Below, in pieces: positions 56,281 to 57,573 of a stretch of 57,573 nucleotides of DNA (positions are counted from its first letter, which is position 1; the number at the start of each line of letters is the position of its first letter). The stretch is from contig CAYJEZ010000002.1 in NCBI GenBank assembly GCA_964369215.1, forward strand, positions 1-57,573, written 5' to 3'. A model generated the notes under the pieces. That model saw only the letters and a list, made by a program, of their open reading frames with translations, made no database searches and was not told the origin of the DNA. This DNA is from an uncultured Eubacteriales bacterium. GTDB taxonomy: Bacteria > Bacillota > Clostridia > Oscillospirales > Acutalibacteraceae. The position numbers were made by a program, and so were the translations under genes.

Positions 56281-56916
56281 CTATTTTGTCCTACTAATAT
56301 ATAACACATCATATAATTCATTCATACTACGAATGTTATAATCCGCTATGTCCAAGGTTTCTCCTTCCTCAGAAAAGAAACAGGTAGATATTCCTGCATT
56401 TTTTCCTGACTGAATATCTATATCCCTATCGCCTATAAATATAGCGCTTTTTTGTGAAAATCCATGTTTATTCATTAAATACACTACCGCTTCAGGGCTA
56501 GGTTTACGCTGAAAATCATATTCTGAAGTTATTATTTCTGAAAAATATTCTTTTAAGCCATACTCATCAATAAGTGTATGTGTTGACTTTCCTCTGTGGG
56601 TAAAAAGGTAGTTTTTTCCATTATTTTTACATATATCACCGCATATAGAAACAATGTAGTCAAAGGGCTTCACTTCTTGGCTTTCTCTGTTTTTTCGCAA
56701 AGATTGATACTTTTCAAAAAAATCTTCCTTTAAATTATATCTAACTTTATATTGTTCAATAGTGTAACCCATAGAAATCTTCATACTAGATTTAATATCA
56801 TGAATTGGTTCTTTTATATTATATTCTTCTAATACTTGGCAAAACACAGAGGACATGAATGAATAAGTATCAAAAAGTGTTCCGTCAAAGTCCCAAATAA
56901 TATTATTATATTTCAA
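56281..56916 (-). CDS. HAD family hydrolase (phosphoglycolate phosphatase-like)
   Basis: The motifs are IIWDFDGTLFDT, KPSPE and IGDRDIDIQSGKNAG. I chose TTG 56916, 7 nt after AAAGGAGG, over the track's ATG 57039, which would add 41 non-homologous residues. Confidence 0.75.
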   Translation of the reverse strand: MKYNNIIWDFDGTLFDTYSFMSSVFCQVLEEYNIKEPIHDIKSSMKISMGYTIEQYKVRYNLKEDFFEKYQSLRKNRESQEVKPFDYIVSICGDICKNNGKNYLFTHRGKSTHTLIDEYGLKEYFSEIITSEYDFQRKPSPEAVVYLMNKHGFSQKSAIFIGDRDIDIQSGKNAGISTCFFSEEGETLDIADYNIRSMNELYDVLYISRTK

Positions 56917-57048
56917 AAGGTTTCCTCCTTTATATAAATAATATGAATAAATCACACCAAACATAAGGAGCAGAGCACCTCTACAAAAGTTGTTTCTGTT
57001 TTTATAAATACATTTTTTGTTTTGTGGTGGTTTAGACAAGGGTTTTGC

Positions 57049-57501
57049 TCATTTTATGAGGTGCTTGACATAATGAATTTCATCTTCATCTCTTGACACT
57101 TCAACATATCCAAATTTTGAATATAAATGCTGGTTTCCTATACTAAATGTAGGAGTTGATAGTCGCCATTCAGTTATATCAGGATTTAATTGTTCATTTA
57201 ATTTCATCACTTCAAAACCATAGCCTTTATTTTGATAAGATGGGTGGATAACAAAGTCTTCAAATCCCATTGTTTCTTTATTTATAGGATAAAGGAAAAA
57301 AGCTCCGATTATTTTTTCATCCAATAATACTTTGTACGCATAGAATGATTTAATAATATTTAATTGAGACGATATTTCATCATAGCCTTGAGGTCCACCA
57401 TCTCTACCTAAATAAGCATTAATTTCTGCGTTATATGCAAGTGTTTTTATAGTGGTTATTTGCATAGCATCATCATTTGTTGCCCTTAATAATGTTAACA
57501 T
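57049..57501 (-). CDS. GNAT family N-acetyltransferase
   Basis: The motif is YQNKGYGFEVM. The start at ATG 57501 follows a GGAGG SD. Confidence 0.75.
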   Translation of the reverse strand: MLTLLRATNDDAMQITTIKTLAYNAEINAYLGRDGGPQGYDEISSQLNIIKSFYAYKVLLDEKIIGAFFLYPINKETMGFEDFVIHPSYQNKGYGFEVMKLNEQLNPDITEWRLSTPTFSIGNQHLYSKFGYVEVSRDEDEIHYVKHLIK

Positions 57502-57573
57502 ATTACCTCCAATTATAAAAATAATGCGAAGCAAGTTCAGAGTAGGGAACGGTCTTGACCGTTCCGTCTTCCC

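Noticed and set aside
56917-57039. The ORF track gives the HAD hydrolase a 41-aa N-terminal extension from ATG 57039.
   Set aside because: The extension has no HAD homology. It would place the DxD motif about 50 residues in, and it contains the strong AAAGGAGG SD that serves the TTG start at 56916.
1-57573. I searched for mobile elements, prophage, CRISPR-Cas, toxin-antitoxin systems and known defence-system signatures.
   Set aside because: I recognised no transposase, integrase, recombinase, Cas, restriction-modification or phage structural motifs in any frame. The only repeats are the non-coding hairpin elements reported above.

Overview
This is a low-GC Firmicutes/Clostridia chromosomal segment. 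I call it a spore-former because sigG and spoVD/spoVE-type genes are present, and one secreted protein carries a dockerin module. I call 56 protein genes, including a 56-aa ferredoxin that is missing from the ORF track, and most lie on the minus strand. The core content is a dcw cell-division cluster (mraZ-rsmH-ftsL-PBP-mraY-ftsW-murG-murA-ftsQ-ftsZ) plus recA-recX, rimO-pgsA, uvrC, ptsH, rimM-trmD, coaD-rsmD, rsmI and sigG. The window ends and a few islands carry accessory genes: a dockerin metallopeptidase, an ABC exporter, a Cache-GGDEF-EAL protein, an AraC/GNAT pair, MATE, HAD and GNAT genes, and galT. I saw no rRNA, tRNA, CRISPR array, transposase, integrase or prophage genes. Many ORF-track starts look over-extended, so I moved them to starts that have a Shine-Dalgarno sequence. 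The most interesting item is a single 853-aa ORF (12588-15149, minus strand). It fuses a complete TetM/EF-G-like translational GTPase to a C-terminal Rae1/YacP-type NYN endoribonuclease domain, which may be a GTPase-delivered ribosomal A-site mRNA nuclease. The second item is a previously unannotated family of hairpin-forming intergenic repeats. It has five copies with conserved termini, and each copy is co-oriented with the gene just upstream. Smaller observations are an orphan Fe-S hydro-lyase beta subunit coupled to a VOC protein, a CofE-like ligase homologue, a 10-nt-phased MraZ operator, a dcw cluster lacking murE/F/D and ftsA, and an isolated sigG. All family assignments come from reading motifs by eye and need HMM or BLAST confirmation.
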